DNA of 63,977 bases, filler included, from an uncultured Myxococcia bacterium (lineage in GTDB: Bacteria; CAZTWC01), in assembly GCA_964617105.1 (NCBI GenBank). It is 16 parts of 16 records of this genome, joined end to end, with 100 filler letters (N's around TTAATTAATTAA, not from the genome) between each part and the next. Parts side by side here need not be neighbours in the genome. Positions count along the whole stretch, not along the records: positions 1 to 4,034 come from CAZTWC010000330.1; positions 4,135 to 8,157 come from CAZTWC010000331.1; positions 8,258 to 12,261 come from CAZTWC010000332.1; 13 more parts are not named here. One strand, given 5' to 3'. Position 1 is the first letter of the stretch. Each line of letters opens with the position of its first letter. The translations under genes and the position numbers were made by a program. Positions 1 through 12,361 of this stretch are shown piece by piece. The notes beneath the pieces are model-generated. The model did not search any database. It saw only the letters and a program-made list of their open reading frames with translations, and had not been told where the DNA came from.

Positions 1-696
1 AAAACAAGGTACACGTATCGGTTAGTTATAGTGCCAGAGACCATTGGGGCTATTGCATACTGTGCCAATAATGAAGAGGTTATTAGAAATATCCAGCAGG
101 GATTGGTGGTTACCTCGGTGGGCGGTCCAGGGCTAATGGGATATAAACAGAGTTTTGACCAACAAGATCAACTGAACCAGATTATTCAGCAGGTTTTTGA
201 AGAAAATAATACAGAATATATTACTTATCCATTTGATCCTCTGGGCAGTGATGAACGGCAATACTCTTCACAGGGATTCAGAATCAATATTGCCAGCATT
301 ACCAAGGACAAATATTATGAATATGATTACTATCATACCTCTTTGGACAATCTGGACTTTGTAAAACCTGAATATATCAATCAGAGTTTGGATTTTCATT
401 GGCAAGTCATAGACCGGCTTGACAAAAATCTGACTTTTAAAAACTGCCATCCCAATTGTGAAGTTATGCTCAGCAAATATGATTTATATCCAAAAACCGG
501 CGGAATCCATATCCCTGGGCAGACTCATAATAATTCTAACCACTACAATGAAACCGATATAATTCTCTGGTGCCTTTTTCTTTTTGACGGGGAGCACAAT
601 TTACTCCAAATTTCTGATAAAATCGGAATTCCCTTTGATATTATCTATCAATTAGCCTTAAAACTGGAAGAGAACCAGATTGTTAGGAGAGTTTGA
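1..696 (+). CDS. DUF4910-family aminopeptidase-like protein with C-terminal winged helix (5' partial); often in polysaccharide loci
   Basis: Frame open from base 1 (KTRYTYRLVIVPETIG). Motifs GSDERQYSS and YYHTSLDNLDF; C-terminal DGEHNLLQISDKIG HTH-like segment. Confidence 0.75.
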   Translation, partial: KTRYTYRLVIVPETIGAIAYCANNEEVIRNIQQGLVVTSVGGPGLMGYKQSFDQQDQLNQIIQQVFEENNTEYITYPFDPLGSDERQYSSQGFRINIASITKDKYYEYDYYHTSLDNLDFVKPEYINQSLDFHWQVIDRLDKNLTFKNCHPNCEVMLSKYDLYPKTGGIHIPGQTHNNSNHYNETDIILWCLFLFDGEHNLLQISDKIGIPFDIIYQLALKLEENQIVRRV

Positions 697-1687
697 TAAG
701 GTGATTAGTAAGTATACCCTCAGCACTGTTACAGATTTTTCTCAATGGGACCAGTTAGTGGAAAACTCTCCTCAGGGAACCATCTTTTCCCTCTCTAGTT
801 TTCTGACTCTCACCAAAAAAAAATACCAGTGTTACCTGGTTCATAAAAAATCTCAACTTAAAGCCGGTGTCTGCTTACTTTTAAATGAACAGGAAACCTG
901 TTGTCAATTAGATGATTTTGTTATCTATAACGGAATTCTATTTATTCAGGATGAACAGCAAAAAATAGTTAGAGCCCGGAGTCAACAATTCGATATTACC
1001 GAATTTGTTATCAGCCAGTTGGACCAGCGCTTTGATGGTATAGAGTTGGCCCTCTCTCCCCAATTTGAGGATATGCGTCCTTTTTTGTGGCATAATTATC
1101 ATTCCCCAAATCCAGAAGATAAATTTATAGTTGATTTGCGCTATACCAGTTATCTGGATATTTCAGAACTGATAAACCGGGAGATTCATGAAGAGAATAC
1201 CAATATATTCAGCCAATTGGATACTCTACGCAAAAGAAATATAAGAGAGGCCAGAAATAAAAATATTAAAGTTTTAGAGGGAAATAAAACTTCCCATCTA
1301 ATAAAATATTACCAACAGTTAATGGCGTCGCAAGAGGAAGATGTTGCTAAAAACCGGTTGGACAGGTTGTATAATTTAATTGATTGTCTTATTAATAATG
1401 GTCAGGGTATAATGACTTATTGTAAAAATCAACAGGATCAAGTGGTCTATATTCTGTTTTTTGGGATTGATAATAAAAGAGCCTACTATCTTTATGGCGC
1501 CGGTGATCCATCTTCCAAAGACAGATTCAGGGGCTCCATAACTTTTTGGGACACCTTTAGACTCCTGGCTCATAAATATGGGGTAAACCAGGTGGATCTG
1601 GAGGGGATTAACAGCCCTAAGAGAGGTTGGTTCAAAATGAGTTTTGGCGGAACTATTAATCCATATTATCAAGTATATAAACGGTAA
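680..1687 (+). CDS. FemAB-like/GNAT acetyltransferase-fold protein
   Basis: WDQLVENSPQGTIF start, RKRNIREA, AYYLYGAG, VDLEGINSPKRGWFKMSFGG; typical of FemAB-related GNAT proteins. Confidence 0.7.
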   Translation: MLGEFDKVISKYTLSTVTDFSQWDQLVENSPQGTIFSLSSFLTLTKKKYQCYLVHKKSQLKAGVCLLLNEQETCCQLDDFVIYNGILFIQDEQQKIVRARSQQFDITEFVISQLDQRFDGIELALSPQFEDMRPFLWHNYHSPNPEDKFIVDLRYTSYLDISELINREIHEENTNIFSQLDTLRKRNIREARNKNIKVLEGNKTSHLIKYYQQLMASQEEDVAKNRLDRLYNLIDCLINNGQGIMTYCKNQQDQVVYILFFGIDNKRAYYLYGAGDPSSKDRFRGSITFWDTFRLLAHKYGVNQVDLEGINSPKRGWFKMSFGGTINPYYQVYKR

Positions 1688-1692
1688 ATCAT

Positions 1693-4034
1693 ATGTCAAA
1701 CGGACAAGAACTATTTAAAACCGCACATTTTAATCAGGCTCTTTTGTTCTGGTTTACTTCATTAAAAGAAGATGCCCTGGATTGGGAGATACAGGATGAA
1801 TTGGATTGGGCATTTGAACAGTTGTTCACCATGGATATTGACCGGGATATCAGAGAGAATTTGTCCAAAAAAATAGCCTCCATGCAAAAACTTTTTGGTC
1901 TGGAAGCAGTAGATAAAATCGATATTAAGGATAATAATTTTCATTTAACCAATCCTTTTTGCGCAACTATTCTTGATCATTTTATTTATCTAAGCGATGA
2001 ATACAGCCATAAAATTGTTAAAGTTAATATGCAGGGTGATCTTATTTGGGAGATAGGAGCCCAGTCTCCCCAAAAAGTAGATCTTTTCTATCCTCAGGGT
2101 TTGGCCATTGGTGAATTTAAAAAAGGAGAAGACCACCTGTACTGTTGTGATCTTTGGAACCACTGTATAAAAATATTTTCCCTGGACGGTCAAATGGTTT
2201 ATCAATTTGGCCAATACGGCAGTCAACCGGGAGAATTTAACGAACCCTATGATCTTTCCATCCGGCAAGATAAATTGCTTGTAGCAGATCGATGCAATCA
2301 CCGGATTCAACAATTTGATCTGCAAGGCAATTTTAAGGATTCTTCCGGCCAACGGTGGATAGAGGAAACCGAAGCCCAAAAAAAAGAGCGGTTCTGGCAG
2401 AGGTTTTCTTCATTAACACCTGGTAATTTATCCTTTCAATCCTTTGCGGCAAAACTTCCTATCCATAATAACAGTCTTATCTTTCCTGCAGGAATAACTT
2501 TTGTTGGCAATAATTTAATGGTTACTGACCGTCATAGACGACTATGGCTGGAACCTAACAACCATTACAATTTCTTAAAAGATGAGACCAATAATAACTC
2601 TCAGTCTCCCCGTAATCTTTTTGAAATTTCCAATAGAGTGGCAGTTTATGACGAAATATATAGTCATTTTTTACTTTATGGAGATGGCGGAGATTTTCAA
2701 TTTAAAGTTAAAAAGAATTCTGACAGCAGTCTTATTTTCCCATTAACCGGTAAAAGTGCGGAACAAAACTGTCTGGTTTCTTATAATGTTCAACAAAAAT
2801 CTTTTACCTTAATTAAATTTAAACACAAAACTCCCTCAATTACTGAACTGGAGCAGGCTTTGTCGGTGGTATCTTTTTCTAAAGATATCAGCATGGCCAA
2901 TAATTATTTAACCGATATCATAGAACCGATAAACTTTTATAATCCCAATTTTTGCCAAAATATTCTCTCTCTGTCTCTATCTGGTGCTGAGAACAATGAC
3001 TGCAACGGCCCAGCATTCCTGACCTGGCTGAAAACCTGGGAACAGTTAGAAACAAAGCCGGAAAATCCATCTCCCTTTTTCAGCAGAACTGTAGAAACAG
3101 GCTCTTTCCTGCACTATGATATTGAAGACAAATTGACTGACCTTTTTTCAAAGTTTGATTCATCTATTGATCCTTTGGCTTCCCATGAGGCGGCCAAGTT
3201 CTCTAAAGTTATCAATCAGGATAGTATAACCGATCTGGATAGAACCGAAATAATTGCCTGTACACCTCTTCATTTCGAATTGGAAAAAATCAAAATTGAA
3301 CTTTTCCGGTTTTTGAATTCATTTATAAATAAATTCAAAACCTGGACAAGAGCCTATAATATTGCCAAGTTTTACCAATTGAACTCATGCGGGAAACTTA
3401 TTTTAACTGCCATGCTGAAAAACTGCAGCGCAGTTATCCATCACTATCAATCTCTGTTTATCAATAAAGTTATANNNNNNNNNNGGTTTTTTTACTACCG
3501 CCGCTTTTCATAAACCTGTAATCGATTTTAATAATTGCCACCGTCCTGAAGAATTAATCAAAGTCTATTACTGGCACTGTCTCTTCAGAGATCTATATAG
3601 ACCTGCCATAATCAACAATCTTTTTTTAGAGATCTTTGCCGGTACAGAGATGCTTACCTCTCCAATTGATAATATTAAACCGGGGCGTGAACTTTTTGAA
3701 CCAGATAATTTTTATCATAAGTTCTATCTATGGTCCAAAATTCACCATATGCCTCTATTGGGCCCTCTTTTTTCAGACTTTGAGAACGGCAATCTGGATT
3801 GGGATAACAGCCTGGTTGTCAATAATTTGCTTTTTGAACTTATCTCATTGCCGAATATGGAACCTTTGGATTTTCTAAAGGGTTATTCCCAATTTATCAG
3901 TAACATCCAGACTTTTGACCTCGCTGATTTTACCCAACAGTTAAAAGACTTTAGAGCCCAAATGGAAATATCTTTCCAGCCTAGGTTATCTTTTGTCAAT
4001 CTATCTACTCTTTTAACCGATTTTTTTTCCAAAA
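1693..4034 (+). CDS. Large NHL-repeat (beta-propeller) protein, 3' partial, spanning a 10-N gap
   Basis: NHL repeats LFYPQGLAI..CCDLWNHCIKIF and FNEPYDL..VADRCNHRIQQF. After the gap at 3475-3484 a frame is open from 3485 through ORF 3650 to the contig end, so both ORFs are probably one gene. Confidence 0.65.
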
Positions 4035-4134
4035 NNNNNNNNNNNNNNNNNNNNNNNNNNNNNNNNNNNNNNNNNNNNTTAATTAATTAANNNNNNNNNN
4101 NNNNNNNNNNNNNNNNNNNNNNNNNNNNNNNNNN
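4035..4134. other. Artificial contig linker (N-run TTAATTAATTAA N-run). Others at 8158, 12262, 16352, 20430, 24507, 28568, 32615, 36651, 40666, 44671, 48580, 52482, 56363, 60230
   Basis: Identical 100-nt spacer with six-frame stops; flanking contigs decrease in length. Confidence 0.99.
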
Positions 4135-7100
4135 CAAAATCAAGCATTTGGCCGATTCTCTCAAAAGGCAGGTCAACACTATTCTGGACTTAGCCAAGTC
4201 CAGAAAAGGGGAGTTGCAACTAAAAATAAACCAGATAAATCTCTCTGAGATCGAAAAACAGGCGCAACTTTTAGCTGAAGGTTTAATGCTTAAATATCAG
4301 GATACAGGTTTTAAAATAGAGAGTGACTGGCATAATGACCATCACTCTATCAAGTTTTTCAGCGACCAGGAGAAAATTCTCACAATTTTGCGTAATTTGC
4401 TGGGCAATGCCTTTAAATTCAAGCGACCGGGGGCGAAAAACCAGATTAAGTTGGCGATGAAGTTGGTCCGGGAAACAACCCAGACCGGTTCCACGGATGC
4501 CTGGTTGCAAATTAAGGTTTCCGACAAAGGCATTGGCATTCCCAAAGAGCAATTGGACACTATATTTGAAGAGTTCAAACAGGTGGAGGGTGATGCCCGG
4601 CGCTCTTATGAGGGGACTGGACTGGGGCTCTCTCTGGTAAAAAGCCTGGTGGATTTGATGAAGGGCAAAATCGAGATCGAGTCAGAGAAAAATAAAGGTG
4701 CAACTTTTTTAGTCAGTCTGCCGGAAATGGAGGAGATGGTTAGTGAGGCCGGAAAAATTGAAGAGATTGAGGCAGAACAAGAGGAGGAGAAACAGGTGTT
4801 GTCCAAGGTGGCTACCTGGGCCGGTCAAGATAAAGAGAAGGAAATAGGTGAAAAAACAGTCTCTCCTCAACCCTCTGATATTCTGTCCGGAGTGGGTCTG
4901 AAACTGGAACCGGAGCGGTTCAATATCCTGGTGGTGGATGACAACCAGATAAATGTGGAGGTGTTGTCAGAACTTTTACGCGCCACTGGGTACCAGGTAA
5001 CTGAGTCTTTTGGCGGCCGTGACGCCCTGGAAAAAATCAAAGCCAATCGGCCTGATTTGGTGCTTTTAGACTTGATGATGCCCGATGTGTCGGGTGAAGA
5101 TGTATTGAGAGAGGTGAGAGGGGATGAGTCTTTGCAGGATCTGCCAGTGATAATTGTCACTGCCCGGGCCTCTATGGAGGACCGGATATTGGGTTTGCAA
5201 ATGGGTGCTGATGATTACATTGCCAAGCCCATTATCAGCGATGATCTTTTATTGAGGGTAAACAGTATCCTTACCAGGCTGCATCTGGCTCACAAGGCCG
5301 CTATCACCGACCAGGCTGTGGCGGCCAAAAAAGAGGCGGAGCAGGCCAGGAACCTGGCTTTGCAGGCCAAACAGGAGTTAGAAAAAGCCCATGACAAACT
5401 CCAGGAAATGGATCAAATAAAGACCCAATTTTTCCAGAATGTAACCCATGAACTTCGCACCCCTTTGACTTTGATTATGGGACCTTTGCAAGGGATAATG
5501 AACCAGGAGATCGATTCCGCCCAGTTTATAGAGCAGGGACGGATTATGCACAGAAACACCGGCCGGCTGCTGCGGCTGGTCAATCAACTTCTGGATTTGG
5601 CCAAAATTAGCGCCCACCAGATGCAATTGGAAGCCCGGCCAGTGGATCTAAAGAAAATGCTCCATATAACCAAAGATTCTTTTTCCTCTTTGGCAGAGGG
5701 TAAAGAGATCGATCTAAAACTGGAAACTGATCTGCCCACCCTATCTACCTACCTGGATCCTGAGAAGATAGAAAAAGTGTTGTTTAATTTGCTCTCCAAT
5801 GCCTTTAAGTTTACTCCCCCAGGTGGTGCTGTCAATATATTGCTGGCCCTTTCAGAGGCCCAAGAGAATGAGGAAAAAAATAGTTTTAGGCAGCAGCGAT
5901 CTTTTTTAGTTTTATCGGGCAATAATTTGTTTAGAGGATCGCTAATAAAAATGGCGGAGCGAATAGGCTTGAGCGAGGATGCAGAGAGTTCTCTGGAGGC
6001 AGAACAATTGCTAAGTCAATATAAGTTTGATGCCATTGTAGTGGATGCCAATATATACGCCAATCAGTTGGAGTGTGAACAGTGGTTGTCAAAAGCCAAA
6101 GGACTTAGTCCTGAGAGTTTGCTGGTGGTTTTGGTGGATGATGATGATTTAGAGAAATTGGAGACTTTTAAGGCATTACAAGATAGAGGAGTTATCCACC
6201 AGGTGTTGTCCAAATCTTTAACCGGCACTGATTTTGAGGATCTGGCCGTCCAAATTGTGGCCAAAGATGAATCAGCGGCATCTCCGGACTCTGGGGCTGG
6301 AGATCAAAGCCAGATGATCCAAATAGAGGTTAAAGACAGTGGCTGCGGTATTCCCAAAGATCAATTGGAACAGATTTTTGAAAGATTCCGGCAGGTGGAT
6401 GGTTCCTCCACCCGGGAATACCAGGGGACGGGGATCGGACTGTCGCTGGTCAAGGAGTATGTAGAGATGCACTGCGGCCGGGTAGAGGTGGAGAGCGAGC
6501 CTGGCCAGGGCAGTATATTCAAGTTGTTTTTGCCCTATGGCAAGAGTTATTTAAAGTCTGATCAGATATTAGAAGTTCCCTTTGACAGTGCAGAGGATGC
6601 AACTCTTGAAGAGAGGCGGGACGTCGGTTCACCAGTCAGCACCTTTGCTAATACTATAAAGACCCAAGATGACCAATGGAAAACTCCCCGCCAGCTGGCT
6701 GATCGCCGGGCTCTCTACTCAGCTGATTTGGAACAGACCATATTTGAAGATGATGTGGAGGGTTTAGTGGTTAATACAGAGGAAGATTTGGTTGCAGAAA
6801 AAGAGACACTAATAGGCGATGCCTCTGGAGACCATAGTATTCCCAAAGTGCTGGTGGTGGAGGACAGTTATGACATGCGCCATTATATTAAAACTGTGCT
6901 GGATGGTAATTACCAACTTGTAGAGGCTATAAATGGTGAAAAAGGTCTGGAAAAAGCTATAAAGGTCAGGCCCGATTTGATTCTAAGTGATGTGATGATG
7001 CCCAAAATGGATGGTAATCAACTGCTGCAGGAGATAAGGGCCAACCAGATCACTCAGCATATACCCTTTATACTGCTGACCGCCAAAGCCGCTGAGTCTA

Positions 7101-7882
7101 TGCGGCTGGAAGGTCTGGATGCCGGGGCTGATGATTATTTATCTAAACCCTTTAACCCCCGGGAGTTGCGGGCCCGGGTAAACAATCTGCTGCAATTGAA
7201 AAAAGCGGAAAAAAATCTAAGTGAAAATGTGCTCAAACGCTATCTGCCGCCTCAACTAGTTGACCATATTCTGGCCGGGCAAATCGATTTTGATGCTACT
7301 CCAGAGAGTAAGCTAGTTACTATTTTATTCTCCGATATCAGCGGCTTCACCAAGATGACCGAGAAACTGAGAGCCCGGCAGATGGCCCAGATAATGAACC
7401 AATATCTGGAGAGGATGGTGGAGGTTATTTTTCTTCATGGCGGCACCATAGACAAGTTCATTGGCGATGCCATTATGGTTCTCTTTGGGGTTCCCGAGCA
7501 GATTAATCCCCAGCAGCAAGTCACTAAAGCCACCGGCTGTGCGCTGGAGATGCAAAGAGTTATGAAGGAGTTAAACCAAATTTGGACCCGGGAAGGGGTG
7601 TTTAAACAGGAGGGGGTAGTATTAAAGATGCGGATCGGCATCCACCAGGGCCCGGCAGTGGTGGGCAATTTTGGCGGCGGCCAGCGGTTCGACTACACAG
7701 CCATCGGTCCCAGTATCAATTATGCTTCCCGGGTAGAGGGCGCCTGCCGGCCGGGTGAAATTTTTGTATCTGAAAATGTGTGTGACTCTTTGCCAGAGGA
7801 GTGTTTTCAGGAAGCGGGGAGATTTAACCTCAAAGGTATTGGCAATGAGGTGGAGCTGTATCAACTGATAATAGATGGGTAA
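4135..7882 (+). CDS. Hybrid histidine kinase/receiver/class III adenylate-guanylate cyclase (HATPase-REC-HisKA-HATPase-REC-cyclase), 5' partial
   Basis: N/G boxes NLLGNAFKF, DKGIGIP, GTGLGL; REC ILVVDD..LLDLMMP..KP; H-box THELRTPL; second N/G boxes; REC VLVVED..SDVMMP; cyclase ILFSDISGFT, DKFIGDAIM, YTAIGPSINYASR. Confidence 0.92.
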
Positions 7883-7970
7883 TCTTTTTTCTTTAATCAA
7901 AGATGAGTAAACCAAGCAAGTGATCCTATTTTTTGCTGGCGCAAAAAAGTGTATCAACCAGGAAATTACA

Positions 7971-8157
7971 ATGGAAAAAAACTATCACATTTTATTTTTT
8001 TTAGTGTTTTTGCTTTTAGTTTCTTGTGGCCAAGATTTTTCCGGCCGCCAGCCACCAACAGCCAAAGATGGAGTGTTAGACTTATCAAACTGGGATTTTG
8101 CCCAAGATGGGCCGGTGAAACTAAACGGCCAATGGGGATTTTTTTGGAAAAAATTAA
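7971..8157 (+). CDS. 7TM-DISM-type sensor lipoprotein, N-terminus only
   Basis: Lipobox LVSC, then AKDGVLDLSNWDF..PVKLNGQWGFFWK, characteristic of 7TMR-DISM extracellular domains. Confidence 0.7.
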
Positions 8158-8259
8158 NNNNNNNNNNNNNNNNNNNNNNNNNNNNNNNNNNNNNNNNNNN
8201 NTTAATTAATTAANNNNNNNNNNNNNNNNNNNNNNNNNNNNNNNNNNNNNNNNNNNNCC

Positions 8260-9003
8260 AAGCATGTTAAAGTGATTGAGCATATACAGATCAAACTCAC
8301 TAAGATAAACCAGTATTTGACCGAGGTAAAAACCCTGGACAATAAATTGAGGGCTATTACCAGGTTAAACGATCCTGACCGGCATCTGGCCCTGGGTCCG
8401 ATTATGCATGAAAAAGAAGATTTAATGTCTGGTAAAAGACTAAATAGTGAAAAGATAATTATTAAGCAGGTACCCAAATTTTTTACCAATATAAATAAAA
8501 AAATGGCCCTGTTGCAAGACCGGCAGGCCTGGCTTCTGGGCCAAGCCGAGCAGCGGCAGGAAAGTATGAAACAGTTGGACAATTACTTTAAACAACGCAC
8601 CACCCTGTTATCATATACCCCTTCAATTTGGCCTGTTAGGGGATGGACAACCTCAGAATTCGGCATCAGGAGAGACCCTTATACATCCAGAGCCAGAATG
8701 CACCGAGGATTGGATATAGCTGCAGCAATTGGAACCACGGTCAACAGCCCTGCTGATGGACTGATAATTTTTACTGGAAAAGACGGCGCTTTTGGCAAAG
8801 TTGTGGTGGTTGACCATAAAAACAATATTATGACCCGATATGCTCATTTAAGTAGAATTGATGTTACTACGGGAGACCAGGTAAAACGGGGAGAACAGTT
8901 GGGTGCGGTAGGAAATACCGGTCGCAGTACGGGCCCCCATTTACACTATGAAGTATGGATTAACGGAATCCCAGAAAACCCAAGAAAATATATCCTTAAC
9001 TAG
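8260..9003 (+). CDS. M23 family metallopeptidase (5' partial)
   Basis: TPSIWPVRG, HRGLD, YAHL, GNTGRSTGPHLHYEV. Confidence 0.93.
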   Translation, partial: KHVKVIEHIQIKLTKINQYLTEVKTLDNKLRAITRLNDPDRHLALGPIMHEKEDLMSGKRLNSEKIIIKQVPKFFTNINKKMALLQDRQAWLLGQAEQRQESMKQLDNYFKQRTTLLSYTPSIWPVRGWTTSEFGIRRDPYTSRARMHRGLDIAAAIGTTVNSPADGLIIFTGKDGAFGKVVVVDHKNNIMTRYAHLSRIDVTTGDQVKRGEQLGAVGNTGRSTGPHLHYEVWINGIPENPRKYILN

Positions 9004-9135
9004 ATGCCGTCCGGGAATTAACTTCGAACAAAACAACGCGAACCACCGCAGGCGAGTTCGACCGCAGGTCCGAAGCAACTTTTTTCGTTCTTAAAAAACA
9101 GTAGTGCTTATCCTTGATAATTAATGTATGATATG

Positions 9136-9170
9136 CCCCGGAGAAATCTTCTTCTCCGGGGATTTTTTTT
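9136..9170 (+). terminator. Rho-independent terminator-like hairpin between the M23 gene and secA
   Basis: CCCCGGAGAA-atcttc-TTCTCCGGGG followed by A and T8. Confidence 0.7.
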
Positions 9171-9193
9171 ATTCAAAACAGGCAAATGAAATA

Positions 9194-11848
9194 ATGATTG
9201 ACTATATTTTAAAAAAGATATTTGGAACTAGAAATACACGGGAGTTGAAAAAAATCCAACCTTTGTTTGAGCAGATCAACCTGTTGGAGGCAGAAATTGA
9301 AAAGTTGACGGATCAGCAATTAGCGGCAAAGACCCCTGAATTCAAAGAGCGGCTGGATAATGGAGAAAATTTCGACTCCCTTTTGCCAGAAACCTTTGCT
9401 GTGGTCAGGGAGGTGTCAAAACGGGTTTTAAATATGCGCCATTTTGACGAGCAATTAATTGGCGGCATCGTTCTCCATCAAGGAAAAATTGCCGAGATGA
9501 AAACCGGTGAAGGAAAGACCCTGGTGGCTACTCTGCCCGTGTATCTCAATGCCCTTACTGGTGAAGGCGTTCATCTGATCACTGTCAACGATTATTTGGC
9601 CCAACGCGACTCGGCGTGGATGGGAAAAATCTACAGTTTTCTGGGTATGGAAACCGGCGTAATTGTCCACGGCCTCAATGACCAACAACGTCAAAAAGCC
9701 TACCGCGCGGACATCACCTACGGAACCAATAACGAATTTGGATTCGATTATTTACGCGATAACATGAAAGTTGACATTGCCGATTTTGTCCAGCGCCCTT
9801 TGCATTATGCCATTGTGGATGAAGTTGATTCCATCCTGATTGATGAAGCCCGAACTCCGTTGATTATCTCCGGGCCGGCGGAAGAATCCACCAACAAGTA
9901 CTACCAGGTCAACGGCCTGATGTCCAAGATAAAACGGGATATCCATTTTACCGTGGATGAAAAAAGCAAAAGCGCCAGCCTAACCGAGGAGGGTGTGGAA
10001 AAAATTGAAAAACTTATGAACCTGAAAAATCTCTATGATGCAGGTAATATCGAAATTATACACCATGTCAATCAGGCTCTTAGAGCCAACTATGTTTTCA
10101 AGCGGGATGTGGATTATGTTGTGGAACAGGGTAAGGTGGTAATTGTTGATGAATTCACCGGCAGGCTAATGCCTGGTCGGAGATGGAGTGACGGACTCCA
10201 CCAATCTATCGAAGTCAAAGAGGGAGTAAAAATCGAAAATGAGAACCAAACCCTGGCCACCATAACCTTTCAGAACTATTTTCGTATGTACAAGAAATTG
10301 TCTGGCATGACTGGAACCGCTGAAACCGAAGCGGAAGAGTTTGGAAAAATCTATAAACTGGATGTGATGATTATCCCCACCCACATGAGCATGATCCGCA
10401 CCGATGCAGCAGACCAGATATATAAATCTGAGGCGGAAAAATTCAATGCGGTGGCAAATGATATCATCGAAAGACATAAAAACGGGCAACCGATTTTGGT
10501 GGGCACCATCTCTATTGAAAAATCGGAGATGCTGCACAAAATGCTAAAAAGAAGGGGGGTTCCCCACAATATCCTCAATGCCAAGCACCATAAAAACGAA
10601 GCATTTATCATTGCCCAGGCGGGTAGAAAAAAAGCGCTCACCATCTCCACCAACATGGCTGGACGCGGAACCGATATTATGCTGGGCGGCAACCCGGAGT
10701 ATCTGGCCAAAGCCAAGTCCAACCAGGAAGAAGACCCGGAAGGTTTTCAGGAACTTTTGGGAAAATTTAACACAATTTGCCAGAAAGAGAAAAAGGAGGT
10801 CATTGAGGCTGGTGGACTGTATGTACTTGGTACAGAAAGACACGAGTCCAGACGCATCGATAATCAACTCCGGGGGCGTTCAGGACGGCAGGGAGATCCA
10901 GGTTTATCCCGGTTCTATATGAGCATGGAAGACGATTTACTGCGCATTTTCGGCTCTGAAAAGATCCAGGGGTTAATGGAGAGACTTGGTATGGAAGAGG
11001 GACAACCTATTGAACACAAATGGGTTACTAACGCCATAGAAAACGCTCAGCGCCGGGTAGAGGGACACAACTTTGATATCAGGAAGTATCTGCTGGAATA
11101 CGATGATGTGATGAACAATCAACGTAAAACTATCTACAGCCTAAGAAATCAAGTTCTTAGCGGAGAAAATATCCACGATATGGTGCTTGATGGGGTAGAA
11201 GAAGTGATTATTGATATGGTCGACAATTACTGTTCTGACAACGGCCGTATAGATGAATGGGATATCAAGAGTTTGGAGGACAAATTTCATAAGATATTCA
11301 GCCTTAAACTAAACCTAAAAGAATCTGAATATACAAACGAGAGCAACCAGCAACAGTCAAGGCAAAAAATCGAAGAGTTTTTATTTGACCAGACAGAGAA
11401 ATTCCTGATTAAACGGCAAGATGATTTGGGCAACGAACTGTTCCCCAAGGTGGAACAGTTGCTCTTCCTGAACCAAATCGATTCCCAGTGGAAAGATCAT
11501 TTGCAAACTTTGGATCACCTAAAAGAGGGTATAAATCTGAGAGGATACGGACAGAGAAATCCCAAACTCGAATATCAACGGGAAGGTTTTAACCTCTTTT
11601 CCAATATGATGTTTCAAATAAAGCACAACTTACTGGAAATATTGTCCCGGGTGGAGATCAGCCAGGAGGAAGCCCTAGATGAAGTGGGACCTAAAAAAAA
11701 GAGTCATACCATTGAAGGTCGGGGCAATGGAGCAGCTCCCATTGCAAACCAGGGCACTATCAGAAGAGGTCCTAAAGTGGGACGCAATGAACCATGTCCC
11801 TGCGGCAGCGGTAAAAAATATAAAAAATGTTGTGGAAAGGGCAAATGA
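9194..11848 (+). CDS. secA: Preprotein translocase subunit SecA
   Basis: [55 protein letters not shown] motif [13 protein letters not shown]. Start taken at ATG 9194 ([11 protein letters not shown]). Confidence 0.99.
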   Translation: MIDYILKKIFGTRNTRELKKIQPLFEQINLLEAEIEKLTDQQLAAKTPEFKERLDNGENFDSLLPETFAVVREVSKRVLNMRHFDEQLIGGIVLHQGKIAEMKTGEGKTLVATLPVYLNALTGEGVHLITVNDYLAQRDSAWMGKIYSFLGMETGVIVHGLNDQQRQKAYRADITYGTNNEFGFDYLRDNMKVDIADFVQRPLHYAIVDEVDSILIDEARTPLIISGPAEESTNKYYQVNGLMSKIKRDIHFTVDEKSKSASLTEEGVEKIEKLMNLKNLYDAGNIEIIHHVNQALRANYVFKRDVDYVVEQGKVVIVDEFTGRLMPGRRWSDGLHQSIEVKEGVKIENENQTLATITFQNYFRMYKKLSGMTGTAETEAEEFGKIYKLDVMIIPTHMSMIRTDAADQIYKSEAEKFNAVANDIIERHKNGQPILVGTISIEKSEMLHKMLKRRGVPHNILNAKHHKNEAFIIAQAGRKKALTISTNMAGRGTDIMLGGNPEYLAKAKSNQEEDPEGFQELLGKFNTICQKEKKEVIEAGGLYVLGTERHESRRIDNQLRGRSGRQGDPGLSRFYMSMEDDLLRIFGSEKIQGLMERLGMEEGQPIEHKWVTNAIENAQRRVEGHNFDIRKYLLEYDDVMNNQRKTIYSLRNQVLSGENIHDMVLDGVEEVIIDMVDNYCSDNGRIDEWDIKSLEDKFHKIFSLKLNLKESEYTNESNQQQSRQKIEEFLFDQTEKFLIKRQDDLGNELFPKVEQLLFLNQIDSQWKDHLQTLDHLKEGINLRGYGQRNPKLEYQREGFNLFSNMMFQIKHNLLEILSRVEISQEEALDEVGPKKKSHTIEGRGNGAAPIANQGTIRRGPKVGRNEPCPCGSGKKYKKCCGKGK

Positions 11849-11849
11849 A

Positions 11850-12261
11850 ATGTATAGAAATAAACTGTTTAAACCAATTATGATGATATTTTTCCTGATA
11901 GTTCTCTTTTCCAGCCTATGGCAAATCTCCTGCGGCAGTTCAGATAGTTGCAAACCAAAGTGCCAGGGAGTAGAAAAATGTATCAGCGGTGAATGCGTAG
12001 CACCCCGGTGGATTTCCTTTAATCCCATGGGAGATAATCCAAAAGCGCGAAAATGGCATTCCATGGTTTATGATAATATCCACCAGAGAATGATTTTGTT
12101 TGGTGGTCAATTTCAAGATGAAAAAGATCAAAGCCTGGATCTCTGGGCTGTCAACCTGGAAGCCAAACCAAAATCCTGGTTAAAGGTTGACCCAGAAGAA
12201 GATACGGCTAACGCTGACCAGAAAAATCCCAAAAACCGTTTTCTACATTCTGCCCTGTTTG
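11850..12261 (+). CDS. Cys-rich lipoprotein with Kelch-like repeats (3' partial)
   Basis: Signal peptide with QISC lipobox; CKPKCQGVEKCISGEC; PKARKWHSMVYD..MILFGG Kelch motif. Confidence 0.65.
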
Positions 12262-12361
12262 NNNNNNNNNNNNNNNNNNNNNNNNNNNNNNNNNNNNNNN
12301 NNNNNTTAATTAATTAANNNNNNNNNNNNNNNNNNNNNNNNNNNNNNNNNNNNNNNNNNNN

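Noticed and set aside
4035-4134. Recurring TTAATTAATTAA every ~4 kb as a biological repeat
   Set aside because: Always embedded in N-runs of fixed length; an artificial linker. ORFs ending in XXXLIN are artefacts.
9128-9193. N-terminal extension of SecA
   Set aside because: It runs through a terminator-like hairpin; a typical SecA N-terminus starts at 9194.
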